Source: a virus (taxonomy: Duplodnaviria > Caudoviricetes). From it: a stretch of 26,318 nucleotides of DNA. Positions 7,456 to 16,400 of the stretch are shown here, one piece after another (the stretch's first letter is position 1; each line of letters opens with the position of its first letter). Below the pieces are notes generated by a model. It worked only from the letters and a program-made list of their open reading frames with translations, was not told the DNA's origin and did not search any database. Both the position numbers and the translations under genes were made by a program. The stretch spans positions 1 through 26,318 of the IMG/VR virus record IMGVR_UViG_3300020414_001906; one strand, given 5' to 3'.

Positions 7456-7484
7456 ATATTAACAAAAACACAGAGGCATGTCAA
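7456..7484 (-). promoter_or_regulatory. Sigma70-type promoter of the sRNA
   Basis: TTGACA-N17-TAATAT with extended -10 TG and an A-rich UP element. Confidence 0.7.
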
Positions 7485-7502
7485 CACCTTTTTTTAATTT
7501 TT

Positions 7503-7910
7503 TTAGTTTTTTTCAGGCATTGTGAATAAAGCACGAACTCCGTGAGGATAAACATCAGAAGGTCTACGTGCAAAAACAACCCATCTGTAACCCATTGCTT
7601 TTAACCACATTGGATATTTTTCTTCTATAAATTCTTTAAAACTTGTACCTGTTGTGAATACATCATCGCAAACAAGTGTTTGATGTGTTGGATCTCCACT
7701 AGCATATTTTTGTAATGCATTTGCTAATTTTATTCCACCACGTGGTATACCAACGGCTTCATAGAAAGGCTCAGTTTGATATTCCATAATCATTGTTGCT
7801 AAACAATCCCATTCTTCATCTGTGATTGCATCACACTCTAGTTTCCATTTTAATGGTAAACCTGCGTGACTTATAAAGTCACCCGCAGTAAATAATTTTT
7901 CTTTAGTCAT
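7503..7910 (-). CDS. Type I phosphoribosyltransferase (orotate PRTase-like)
   Basis: PRPP-binding motif LVCDDVFTTGTS, GIPRGG loop, N-terminal FISHAG. Confidence 0.8.
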   Translation of the reverse strand: MTKEKLFTAGDFISHAGLPLKWKLECDAITDEEWDCLATMIMEYQTEPFYEAVGIPRGGIKLANALQKYASGDPTHQTLVCDDVFTTGTSFKEFIEEKYPMWLKAMGYRWVVFARRPSDVYPHGVRALFTMPEKN

Positions 7911-7918
7911 AATAAAAC

Positions 7919-8176
7919 TTAAATTAAATATTCATCGTTTTCGTTTTCCCAGGAACTGATAATATTTCTAAAACCTAATCCTAAGAAATCATAACTTGGA
8001 CTATCAGTCAATAGTTCCCATTCTGCGATAACTTCTTCAATTTGTTCTTTGCTTAATGTGTCAGTATCTTCAACTTGAAAATGTTCTTTAATGATACCAT
8101 CTGCCCATTCAGTGCATTCACCTTCAAGCCATTCTAACATTTTATGTGGTTTGTGAACCATTTTAAATTCAGACAT
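7919..8176 (-). CDS. Hypothetical acidic protein
   Basis: 85-aa ORF with AAGGA SD directly after gp46. Confidence 0.7.
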   Translation of the reverse strand: MSEFKMVHKPHKMLEWLEGECTEWADGIIKEHFQVEDTDTLSKEQIEEVIAEWELLTDSPSYDFLGLGFRNIISSWENENDEYLI

Positions 8177-8179
8177 AGT

Positions 8180-9964
8180 TTATCCTTTCGTTTCTTCTGT
8201 TTCTAGTTCATCTTCTTGTGAGAATGATGTAAATCCATTTTCTTTAATCACATTAAGAACGTTAGTCACACGACCATATAATTCATCTCTGTGTGAAACT
8301 AAGAATATAGAACGACCTCTTTCACGTTGCATTTTCTTTAATACTGCAAGAGAAGCCTCTACACCATTTGAGTCCATACCACTATCAATAAGTTCATCAA
8401 CAAATAGAACATTAATAGTTGAGTATAAAGATTCGAATATATCACGGAATGCCCATGATAGACCAAGAATAAGTCTGTTACGTTCACCTCTAGATAAATT
8501 ATCAAAGTCAAGTTCACGACCTAGTTCTGTAATTTCTACAGACAAGTCACTCATAAATTTAACTTCATGAGGTAAACCTAATCTATCAAGATATTTTTCT
8601 AAACGTGTGTTTAAGAAAGATAAGTTCTGGTCAATAATCTTTTTACGAATAAAACTGTCTTTATTTGTTAACAGTTTCATTAAGAAGTCCTGATGTTCAC
8701 GATAAGAGTTTAGAGCATTCATTTTAGAATAGTCTAGTTCTTCAAGTGAACTTTCACGCATTTCTTTAATCTGGTCAGTATAAGGATCCTCTTGTTTCTT
8801 TTTAGTTTCAATTTGTTCCTTAAGTACTGTTACAGAATTTTGATGCTCATAAGCATCATTTAAATTTTCATAGAATACTTGTGGCGGAGAACTAAGTTCT
8901 CCAACTTCGGAAATTATTTTTTCGTATTCTTCTAATTTGTTTTGGTTTTCTAAAAGATGTGTTAGTGTTTCGCCTAACAAATCTTCTTTTTCTCTTAGAA
9001 TTTCTTCTTGTTTATTATCATGAATATCTTGTCCACAAGCAAAGCATTTGTGGTCTTTAATCTTTTCGATATCACTTCTAACTCTTGTTTCTAAATCACT
9101 TAGTTTTTTGTTATCAGCATTAACACTTTCGATCCAACGATTAGTTTCATCTAGTTTAGCTTTCTTTTCGTTGTATTCTTTTAGTGACTGATGATTAGCG
9201 ATTTCTTGTTTGATATCAACATGTGAAAGACTATCAAAACCATTTTGTAGTTCTTCTAGTTCAGTATCATGCTTTTCTTTCCAGATACGTTGTCTACGTT
9301 CAATGTCTGTGATACTTTTTAGAATACGTGAGTTAGCATCTTCTTTCGCTTTGAGGTTGTATTCTTCATCTTTGATTTCGTCTTTTGTTTCTTTGATTAC
9401 TTCTTTTAGAGCCTCTGCTTTACGAGACAATTCAGTAATACCCAAAAGTTCTTCAATCAATTCACGTTGGTCATTCGCTCTCATGCTCAAGAACGGTTCT
9501 GTGTATGTGTTTAGTGCAACAACATGTTTGAACATTGCATGAGAGATACCTATGATAGAATCTACTTCTGTTTGTGTTTGACGCATTTCGCCTTGTGCTT
9601 CGTCTACTGATTCATTTAAATCAATACCATCACGCATTAAACGAAATACATTTGGTCTACGACCACGTTCAATTCTGTATTGACTTCCGTTGTATTCAAA
9701 GTCAATCGTAACAAGCATGTTTTTAGCATTTGTCTTGTTAATTAAATTATCTTTTCTGATGTTTGTAAGAGCATTTCCATAAAGACCATATGAAAGAGCA
9801 TTGATAAGAGTAGTCTTACCAGTACCGTTACGGGAACCGTCACCACCCAAGTCTACGTTATTACCTAGAACAAGTGTAAGATTATCTCGTTCTAAGTTAA
9901 CCGCTTGGGTTACGTTTCCTACACTCATAAAGTTTCGGATTGTAATGTTTTTAATCTTTAACAA
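8180..9964 (-). CDS. gp46: Recombination endonuclease ATPase subunit (gp46 / SbcC / Rad50-like)
   Basis: Walker A NGTGKTT, Zn-hook CFAC, signature LSRGE, Walker B LFVDE, H-loop VSH. Probable TTG start at 9964 behind a GAGAGG SD. Confidence 0.93.
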   Translation of the reverse strand: MLKIKNITIRNFMSVGNVTQAVNLERDNLTLVLGNNVDLGGDGSRNGTGKTTLINALSYGLYGNALTNIRKDNLINKTNAKNMLVTIDFEYNGSQYRIERGRRPNVFRLMRDGIDLNESVDEAQGEMRQTQTEVDSIIGISHAMFKHVVALNTYTEPFLSMRANDQRELIEELLGITELSRKAEALKEVIKETKDEIKDEEYNLKAKEDANSRILKSITDIERRQRIWKEKHDTELEELQNGFDSLSHVDIKQEIANHQSLKEYNEKKAKLDETNRWIESVNADNKKLSDLETRVRSDIEKIKDHKCFACGQDIHDNKQEEILREKEDLLGETLTHLLENQNKLEEYEKIISEVGELSSPPQVFYENLNDAYEHQNSVTVLKEQIETKKKQEDPYTDQIKEMRESSLEELDYSKMNALNSYREHQDFLMKLLTNKDSFIRKKIIDQNLSFLNTRLEKYLDRLGLPHEVKFMSDLSVEITELGRELDFDNLSRGERNRLILGLSWAFRDIFESLYSTINVLFVDELIDSGMDSNGVEASLAVLKKMQRERGRSIFLVSHRDELYGRVTNVLNVIKENGFTSFSQEDELETEETKG

Positions 9965-9968
9965 ACGT

Positions 9969-10565
9969 TTACCTCTCTCTTGCAAAAGTCCCTGTTTGAA
10001 TAGGGTCTAAACTGATTTCATTGATATTAACATAATCTGGTTGATTAATCAACCATAAAATAACTTCTGCAATGTACTCAACATCGATTAGTTTTCTATC
10101 AGGATGTTTTTTCATTACACTCGCAGTTGTTAAACTTCCAGGTGATACACATGTAGTTTTGATATTTGAACCACCCATTGTCATGTATGTTAAATCTCTG
10201 TTATAATCTCTTAGTGCTTTCTTTTCTGTTGGATAACGCCATGTTCTACCTTTAACACCTGTATCGGCAGTAGAACCCATGTGTATCAAATATGCAGTAT
10301 GTCCAGCATCTTTGCATTTGTTGTAAACTTGTTCAGCAATCATAATTTGATGAAACTTCCACAATGCAGAATTGTTGATAAAAATATCATACTTGTTTTC
10401 TACAAAGTATTCAGCGAGTCGTTGTTGTTCTTCTGCTTTTTCTAAAGCCCAACCATTGCTACGACTGACAGTGCTATAGCTAATATTATCCATATTATCA
10501 AAAAGATTGCATATCGCTTGGCAAAGCCCATAGTCTCTGTTTCCTGTTATTAAAATCTTTTTCAT
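9969..10565 (-). CDS. Short-chain dehydrogenase/reductase-like protein
   Basis: ILITGNRDYGL nucleotide-binding loop, INNS, catalytic S...YPTEK (YxxxK), SPG, and C-terminal VNINEI typical of SDRs. Confidence 0.8.
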   Translation of the reverse strand: MKKILITGNRDYGLCQAICNLFDNMDNISYSTVSRSNGWALEKAEEQQRLAEYFVENKYDIFINNSALWKFHQIMIAEQVYNKCKDAGHTAYLIHMGSTADTGVKGRTWRYPTEKKALRDYNRDLTYMTMGGSNIKTTCVSPGSLTTASVMKKHPDRKLIDVEYIAEVILWLINQPDYVNINEISLDPIQTGTFARER

Positions 10566-10566
10566 G

Positions 10567-11583
10567 TTACAAGTTCTGGTATAATTCTACAAGTATCTTT
10601 TTATTGAAGCTACCGTTATCGTCAATAGAATTTAACTGAGATATAACAATTTCATCAATCGTTTCAAAATGTATCTCAGCACCAGTGTCTTCTTCGTGTT
10701 GTGCATTCTTCATTGGTTGTAACGTAATATCTCGTAAGTCATACGTTTCAATGAATGTATCTTTAATGAAGTTTGCTTCTTCATATGAGATATCAATGTC
10801 TAGTGAAATTCTTGCATTTGTTTTTGGCAATAAAATTTCACTTGGATTTTCAAGTAAAGAAGACAACGTGACATTTCGGTATTTAGGAGCATCAGGCCAT
10901 GCAAAGAATTCCGGTTCTTTATCCCACTCTAAAAACATCCAACCTCGTTCATCGTCCCATGAATCTGAAAAGTTGTGTGGGAAAGCATTGCCTGTATATA
11001 TCACGTTGCCTTTTATTTGTCGATGATGAAAGTGTCCTGAAAATACATAATCTTGATGTTCAAACATTTCACTTTTTAAACCACCATGATCCGGCATTTC
11101 AACCATCGCATTAAGTTTAAATGTCGGGAGTTCAAAGTGTCCAAACATATACTTTGATTTTATCTTCGGAATTTTTTTCCACTCATCACCAACTAACCAA
11201 CTGACAAGGGTAACATCACCTTCGTTGAGTACACTGTCAATCAGAATAATGTTAGGTAATTCTTTTGCAAACTCTACTGAGTTTACATCACGTGTTTCAC
11301 GATAAAACAAATCATGATTACCTAGAATAAAGTAAACTTTGTCAAAAGCGTTGTTGAGTTTTCTAAGACCGTCAAGTGAATACTTCATTGTTGAAATATT
11401 CAAACTAGCACGATTATGATGCCAGTCTCCACCAAAGATACAGGTTTCACAACCTTTTGCTTTAGCTTCTTCGATGAACCAGTCTATGAATGCATCACAA
11501 TCTTCATTATGCCACTTTGCGTTGTTACGCATACCATAATGAATATCAGTGAACCAAGCCGCTTTGTTAAAAAGATTAGTCAT
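10567..11583 (-). CDS. gp47: Recombination endonuclease nuclease subunit (gp47 / SbcD / Mre11-like)
   Basis: Metallophosphoesterase motifs TDIH, GGDWHH, GNHD, GHFE, SGHFH; ATG 11583 overlaps the end of the sigma gene. Confidence 0.93.
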   Translation of the reverse strand: MTNLFNKAAWFTDIHYGMRNNAKWHNEDCDAFIDWFIEEAKAKGCETCIFGGDWHHNRASLNISTMKYSLDGLRKLNNAFDKVYFILGNHDLFYRETRDVNSVEFAKELPNIILIDSVLNEGDVTLVSWLVGDEWKKIPKIKSKYMFGHFELPTFKLNAMVEMPDHGGLKSEMFEHQDYVFSGHFHHRQIKGNVIYTGNAFPHNFSDSWDDERGWMFLEWDKEPEFFAWPDAPKYRNVTLSSLLENPSEILLPKTNARISLDIDISYEEANFIKDTFIETYDLRDITLQPMKNAQHEEDTGAEIHFETIDEIVISQLNSIDDNGSFNKKILVELYQNL

Positions 11584-12448
11584 TGTCCGCGTATATCTCT
11601 TTGATTGTCTCTGTAGGAATTTGGTCATCAGTAATTCTTGTTTTAATTACTTTCTGCCATCTTTCTTGAGATTTCATTTCATGTTCTAACTGTCTAGTCC
11701 AACTTGGCATCTGACCTGATTTCTCTAATAGGTCATCACGAATACCTTGATTTTTCTTTTCAGTGTTTAGAACACGTGTAAATGAATTGTTCACTGCCGC
11801 GGTATAATATGCAAATGGATTGTCTGACTTTGCTTCGTTAAATTGTAAACCAATTTGTGTAAGTTGCAATAGTGCTTGTCCACGCATTTCATCGATATAT
11901 GTGTAACCACGCCAGTTACTTCTTTGAGAATAACGCTCTACTAATTTAATGTACATGTTGGCAAGTTTCGCAGTGATTTTACCAGCTTGTAAATCAAACT
12001 CTTTGTTTTTGTTGTGATGTGAAATAGCCACTTCTCTGAATTTTCTACCATCTAATACATAATGTTTGTATGGAGGAAAGTTTACTTTGACCTTATGGTC
12101 AGCGATTGTCTTTGGATTGTTCTTTCTTCCAGGTTCATCAGGGATATGCTCATAAGTCATAACTCTGAATATCAAACTGTTTTTATCGATTGTATTTGGA
12201 TCAACTAAAAAATCAGATTGTCTTTTCTTTTTGTCTTCGTTCTTTTCCCAGGCTTCTTTTTGCATTCTATCTGCCCGGTTTTGTTGTGCTTGAGGAATAG
12301 CGTCACGAATTTCGCTTGTGTCCTCAACTATAATATCATACTGATGATATGCTTGTCTGTCTTCAAACCAAGTGTAATTACCCTTTGAGGTATGAATCTC
12401 TTTGAGCATATCTTTGTTGTTTAAATAATTTTGACCTCTACGTGCCAT
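11576..12448 (-). CDS. gp55: Late-transcription sigma factor (gp55-like)
   Basis: YLNNKD N-terminus, NWRGYTYIDEM and FNEAKSDNPFAYYT; adjacent to gp47/46 as in T4-like phages. Start ATG 12448 with AGGAG SD. Confidence 0.82.
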   Translation of the reverse strand: MARRGQNYLNNKDMLKEIHTSKGNYTWFEDRQAYHQYDIIVEDTSEIRDAIPQAQQNRADRMQKEAWEKNEDKKKRQSDFLVDPNTIDKNSLIFRVMTYEHIPDEPGRKNNPKTIADHKVKVNFPPYKHYVLDGRKFREVAISHHNKNKEFDLQAGKITAKLANMYIKLVERYSQRSNWRGYTYIDEMRGQALLQLTQIGLQFNEAKSDNPFAYYTAAVNNSFTRVLNTEKKNQGIRDDLLEKSGQMPSWTRQLEHEMKSQERWQKVIKTRITDDQIPTETIKEIYADND

Positions 12449-12472
12449 GGTTTTGCTCCTAATTAATACTTT

Positions 12473-12502
12473 ATTATATACTATTTTGAATGCACTTGTC
12501 AA
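12473..12502 (-). promoter_or_regulatory. Sigma70-type promoter for the gp55-gp47-gp46 operon
   Basis: TTGACA-N18-TATAAT on the minus strand. Confidence 0.6.
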
Positions 12503-12521
12503 GCGAAATGTGAACTTTTTT

Positions 12522-12550
12522 AAACTACGAACTTTATATGACGATAAATA
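12522..12550 (+). promoter_or_regulatory. 14-bp palindrome plus late promoter GATAAATA (baseplate operon)
   Basis: AAACTACGAACTTT-ATATGAC-GATAAATA. Confidence 0.7.
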
Positions 12551-12570
12551 CACAAAAGAAGGAGAATCAA

Positions 12571-13146
12571 ATGGCATCTGATAATTTATATATTGAGTCA
12601 CAACCAGTTTATATAACTGATCCAAGTGGAAGACTCGGTGCATCTGGACTGAATACAGTACAGTTTCCCTACACACCCACTATTAGTGTTATTACACAAT
12701 CTGGTTATACATCATATGATTTATCACATACTAATTTTCAACAACGTGCATTTGAAATGGCATCTAATACAGAGTTTAACATGGCGGCTCCTATCATTAT
12801 TCGTAGTGAAGAAGAAGCACAAACTGTGTTAAGAATGGGTCAATTTTTCAGAGGAGCGTTGAAAATGAACTTTGGTCCTAGAGATCCAGATGCAGGTCTA
12901 CCCCCTCCGGTATTGCGTTTTTATGCACACAACATTTATACAAACGTACCAATACTTGTAAGAGATTTTACTTGGAACTTAGACCAAGATGTTGACTATA
13001 TCACTCTTTCATCAGGCGAAAGAGTTCCGGTACAACAAACATTTGTTTTATCTTTAACAACAACATATTCTCCAAAGAACGTAAGAGAGAATTTCACAAT
13101 GAATGATTTCTTAAGTGGGAAATTGAAAAGTAAGGGGTATATCTAA
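12571..13146 (+). CDS. Baseplate / tail-tube initiator protein (gp48/gp54-like)
   Basis: FPYTPTI, YDLSHTNF and GLPPPVLRF motifs typical of contractile-tail tube initiators; AGGAG SD. Confidence 0.65.
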   Translation: MASDNLYIESQPVYITDPSGRLGASGLNTVQFPYTPTISVITQSGYTSYDLSHTNFQQRAFEMASNTEFNMAAPIIIRSEEEAQTVLRMGQFFRGALKMNFGPRDPDAGLPPPVLRFYAHNIYTNVPILVRDFTWNLDQDVDYITLSSGERVPVQQTFVLSLTTTYSPKNVRENFTMNDFLSGKLKSKGYI

Positions 13147-13436
13147 TGTATGATCCAACATCTCCTTGGAAGAAAACCGGGATAATCAAAGAAAAAGTTT
13201 TAGATATTATGAATCCTGTTTATCTAGAGTTTGATCCTTTAGATGAAACATATACCATACCACAACATTACGACATGAGACCAGACTTGTGTAGTTATGA
13301 AATGTACGGCACTTCAAAGTATTGGTGGATTTTTGCAAAGAGAAACCCAGATATAATAGAAGATCCTATCAGAGATTTTCTATCAGGAACAAAGATTAAA
13401 CTTCCTAGCAAAAATGCAATCGAAAAAATGAAGTAG
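13146..13436 (+). CDS. Baseplate wedge protein (gp53-like, LysM-like fold)
   Basis: RPDLCSYEMYGTSKYWWIFAKRN...DPI...GTKIKLP. Confidence 0.8.
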   Translation: MYDPTSPWKKTGIIKEKVLDIMNPVYLEFDPLDETYTIPQHYDMRPDLCSYEMYGTSKYWWIFAKRNPDIIEDPIRDFLSGTKIKLPSKNAIEKMK

Positions 13437-13440
13437 TACA

Positions 13441-16400
13441 ATGACGGTAAGAAGTGCAAGAAATAATAATCCAGGAAACATCGAATCTAACTCAACTGCT
13501 TGGGTTGGAAAAACCGGCGATGACGGAAGATTTGTTACCTACGCAACACCTGAACATGGTGTTCGTGCAATGGGCAAAACTCTTGAAACTTACCAAGATA
13601 AACATGGCTTAACATCAGTGAATCAAATGATTGCACGTTGGGCTCCACCCAATGAAAACAACACAACCAATTACGCAAACTTTGTTGCAACCGAAATGGG
13701 TATCAGCCCAGACGCAGAAATTGATTTAAGTGCAAATCCAGAACTTGCTCAAAAAATGGTTGGAGCAATGATAAAAATGGAAGGCGGACTTGAAGCATAT
13801 AATTATTTTAAACCAGCTATCAAAGGTGGTTTAGATATGGCATATGGTAATATAGATACTCCTGAAATATCAGATGTAGAGTCGAGTGAGTTTATGGATA
13901 TAAATGAACCACCTGGAGAAGGCATAGATGCGTTAGATCCAACTCAAAAAGAAGAAGCAGGAAAACAAATTTTAAATACAGCTACTAGTTTAGAAGAAGT
14001 CGTTGATAGAATGGAACGACTAAACATATTCTGGGATAATGAACTAGATAATTTTCAAAACTATACATACAATATTGAACTATTTCAAGTCAATCAAGGT
14101 GAGGCAAGAAACTATTTAAGATTAGAAAATACACCTGACATGTTATTAGATGTAGTCAACGATGGTTGGCCTAAAGCCGGCATGAAAAAAATTACGATTG
14201 CAAAAACAGGTGTAAGTGCAGAACTAGTTATAACAGATGTACAAATTAGAGGTACAGGATATGGTGCAGTTAGCCTAAGCAGAATGGCAGGGACCGCAAC
14301 AGAATTACAGTTTCAAATAACACAAGTAGGCGGAACTTCATTACCTGACATGTTACAAAATGCGGCATTGTTATCTGGATACACAAGCATATTTGATTCT
14401 ATATACTTTATGAAAATAAAGTTTATGGGTTACGATGATGATAATCAGATTGTAAGAGATTTCCCAGCTACAAAAGTTTTACCATTTAAAATTAAACAAA
14501 CTACAGATTTAGATACTACAACTGATGCTAGAGGTACAAGTGTATTACTATCAGGTAATATATTAACTGATGAAGTTGTAAATTCTACAGATGTTTCTAA
14601 AGTAGAAAGTAATTTTGAATTTGCAACAAAAGACACACTTGAAGAAACTCTAGAAGAATTTATGGATAAGTTAAACAAAAACGTAATACAAAATTCCGTA
14701 CTTGACAGTACTCAGTTTATTCACACTTATAAAATTTCTATGTCAGAAGAATTCAAACAAAGGTACGGACAAGCAGACATGAGAGGAATTGGTTATCCAA
14801 ACTATGCTTCTGCTAATAATGAAACAGAAAAGAAAGCGGCTGTTAAAATATCTCAATCAACAGGCGTTGTACAACCTGGACATTCTATCTATGAATGTTT
14901 GCATAATATAATCATAAACGCAAAACAAGTTAGAGAAGAACTTACTGCATCTGAAAAGAAAATGACAGAAATATTTGTGATTAAACCACATGCTGTTCCA
15001 AAAGAAAATGGATTTAATGTATTGACAAACAAAAGTGCATATGATGTTACGTTTTATGTAACGTTACATGAGTCTTTACTACCACAAAATGCTATACATA
15101 ATGCTATGCTTTCACAAGCAACCGCAGATATTCTTAAACAAGTATTTTTAAAAGGAAGATGTCATAAAAGATATTATTATCAGTATACAGGAAAAAATGA
15201 CCAGATAATTGATTTTCAAATTCAACTAAGAAGACAACTTGAAAAGATTTATTCTAAACCATCTGACCAATATATGGCGAATACGTTCTTAGATGCTATT
15301 GGCGATTATAGAAAAAATATAGATAAAAAGGCTCAACAAAAGTTAACTGAGTTAGAAGCGGAAGCAAAAGTATTATTAGAAATTAAAAACAAGACAAGTC
15401 AAAATGTAGAACAACTCACAAGCGAGTTTGATAAAATGCAAGACGAACTAGCCAGTGAATTTGAAAGACGTTTGAGAGCAAATGGAGTTGATCCGGATCA
15501 ATTAGGCGGAGATGAGATTGCCATCAATGCGGCGGATATTAATTACCTTAGAGAGTCATTGAAAAGAGGAAATGGACAGACTAAAGAAGGTACGATAGCC
15601 TATGAAATTTTTAATGATATCTTCAAAGGAGAAACAAGAGAAAACTTTAATAAGTTAAACAATCTTGTTAGACAAGCAAAATTAGATGATAATAGTGCGT
15701 TAAACAATCTTGAAGAAAACTATAGAGAAAATGATGATGTAATGCGTGAAGCATTAGGTCATTTACTATCAAAGAAATTTTTAGAATCTACAACAGCAAC
15801 AGGTGAAGCCTGGGACGAATTAGGAATAACAGCAACTAATCTTCCTGGTCAAGAGATAGTACTTATTGAACAATTAGATAAAGAAATAATACAAAAATTA
15901 AGTCTAGACCAATTTGATGCTTTGATGAAAACTCTTATTGAGAACCCTGTGAACTTTAATAGAATTACTAAACCAATACTATCTAATCCAACAAGATTAA
16001 AAGTTATTAAACATCCAGACCAAGAAGAAGTAGAAGTTGCATTATCAAAATATTATGAAGGTCGTTCAGGAAATTTAAGTATGCAAAATGCATCAATGAC
16101 TATTAAAGGTGATCCTTATTGGTTAGAGACATTTATACCAGTTGAAATTGAAAAGAAAAACTTCTCAAATAAAAATTCAAATGAACAATTTAAGATGCAT
16201 AGTTCATCATTAAATGGAGCAAATTACTGTCTTGTTATAGCAGATAAGGCAGAAGGAAATTATTTAGAAAATTCAAATAACGTAGGACAAGATGCGGCGA
16301 ATTCAGATGGTATAAAAAAGACAAGACTAGAAACTATGGTGTATCAAGTAAATGATATTATACATAGTTTTAGTGGAGGTCAGTTTACACAAACATTAGA

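Noticed and set aside
9210-11604. Several + strand ORFs over gp46, the SDR and gp47
   Set aside because: Antisense shadows of well-supported genes.
12449-12676. N-terminal extension of the sigma ORF in the track
   Set aside because: It overlaps promoters and the opposite gene; ATG 12448 has an AGGAG SD and starts the conserved region.
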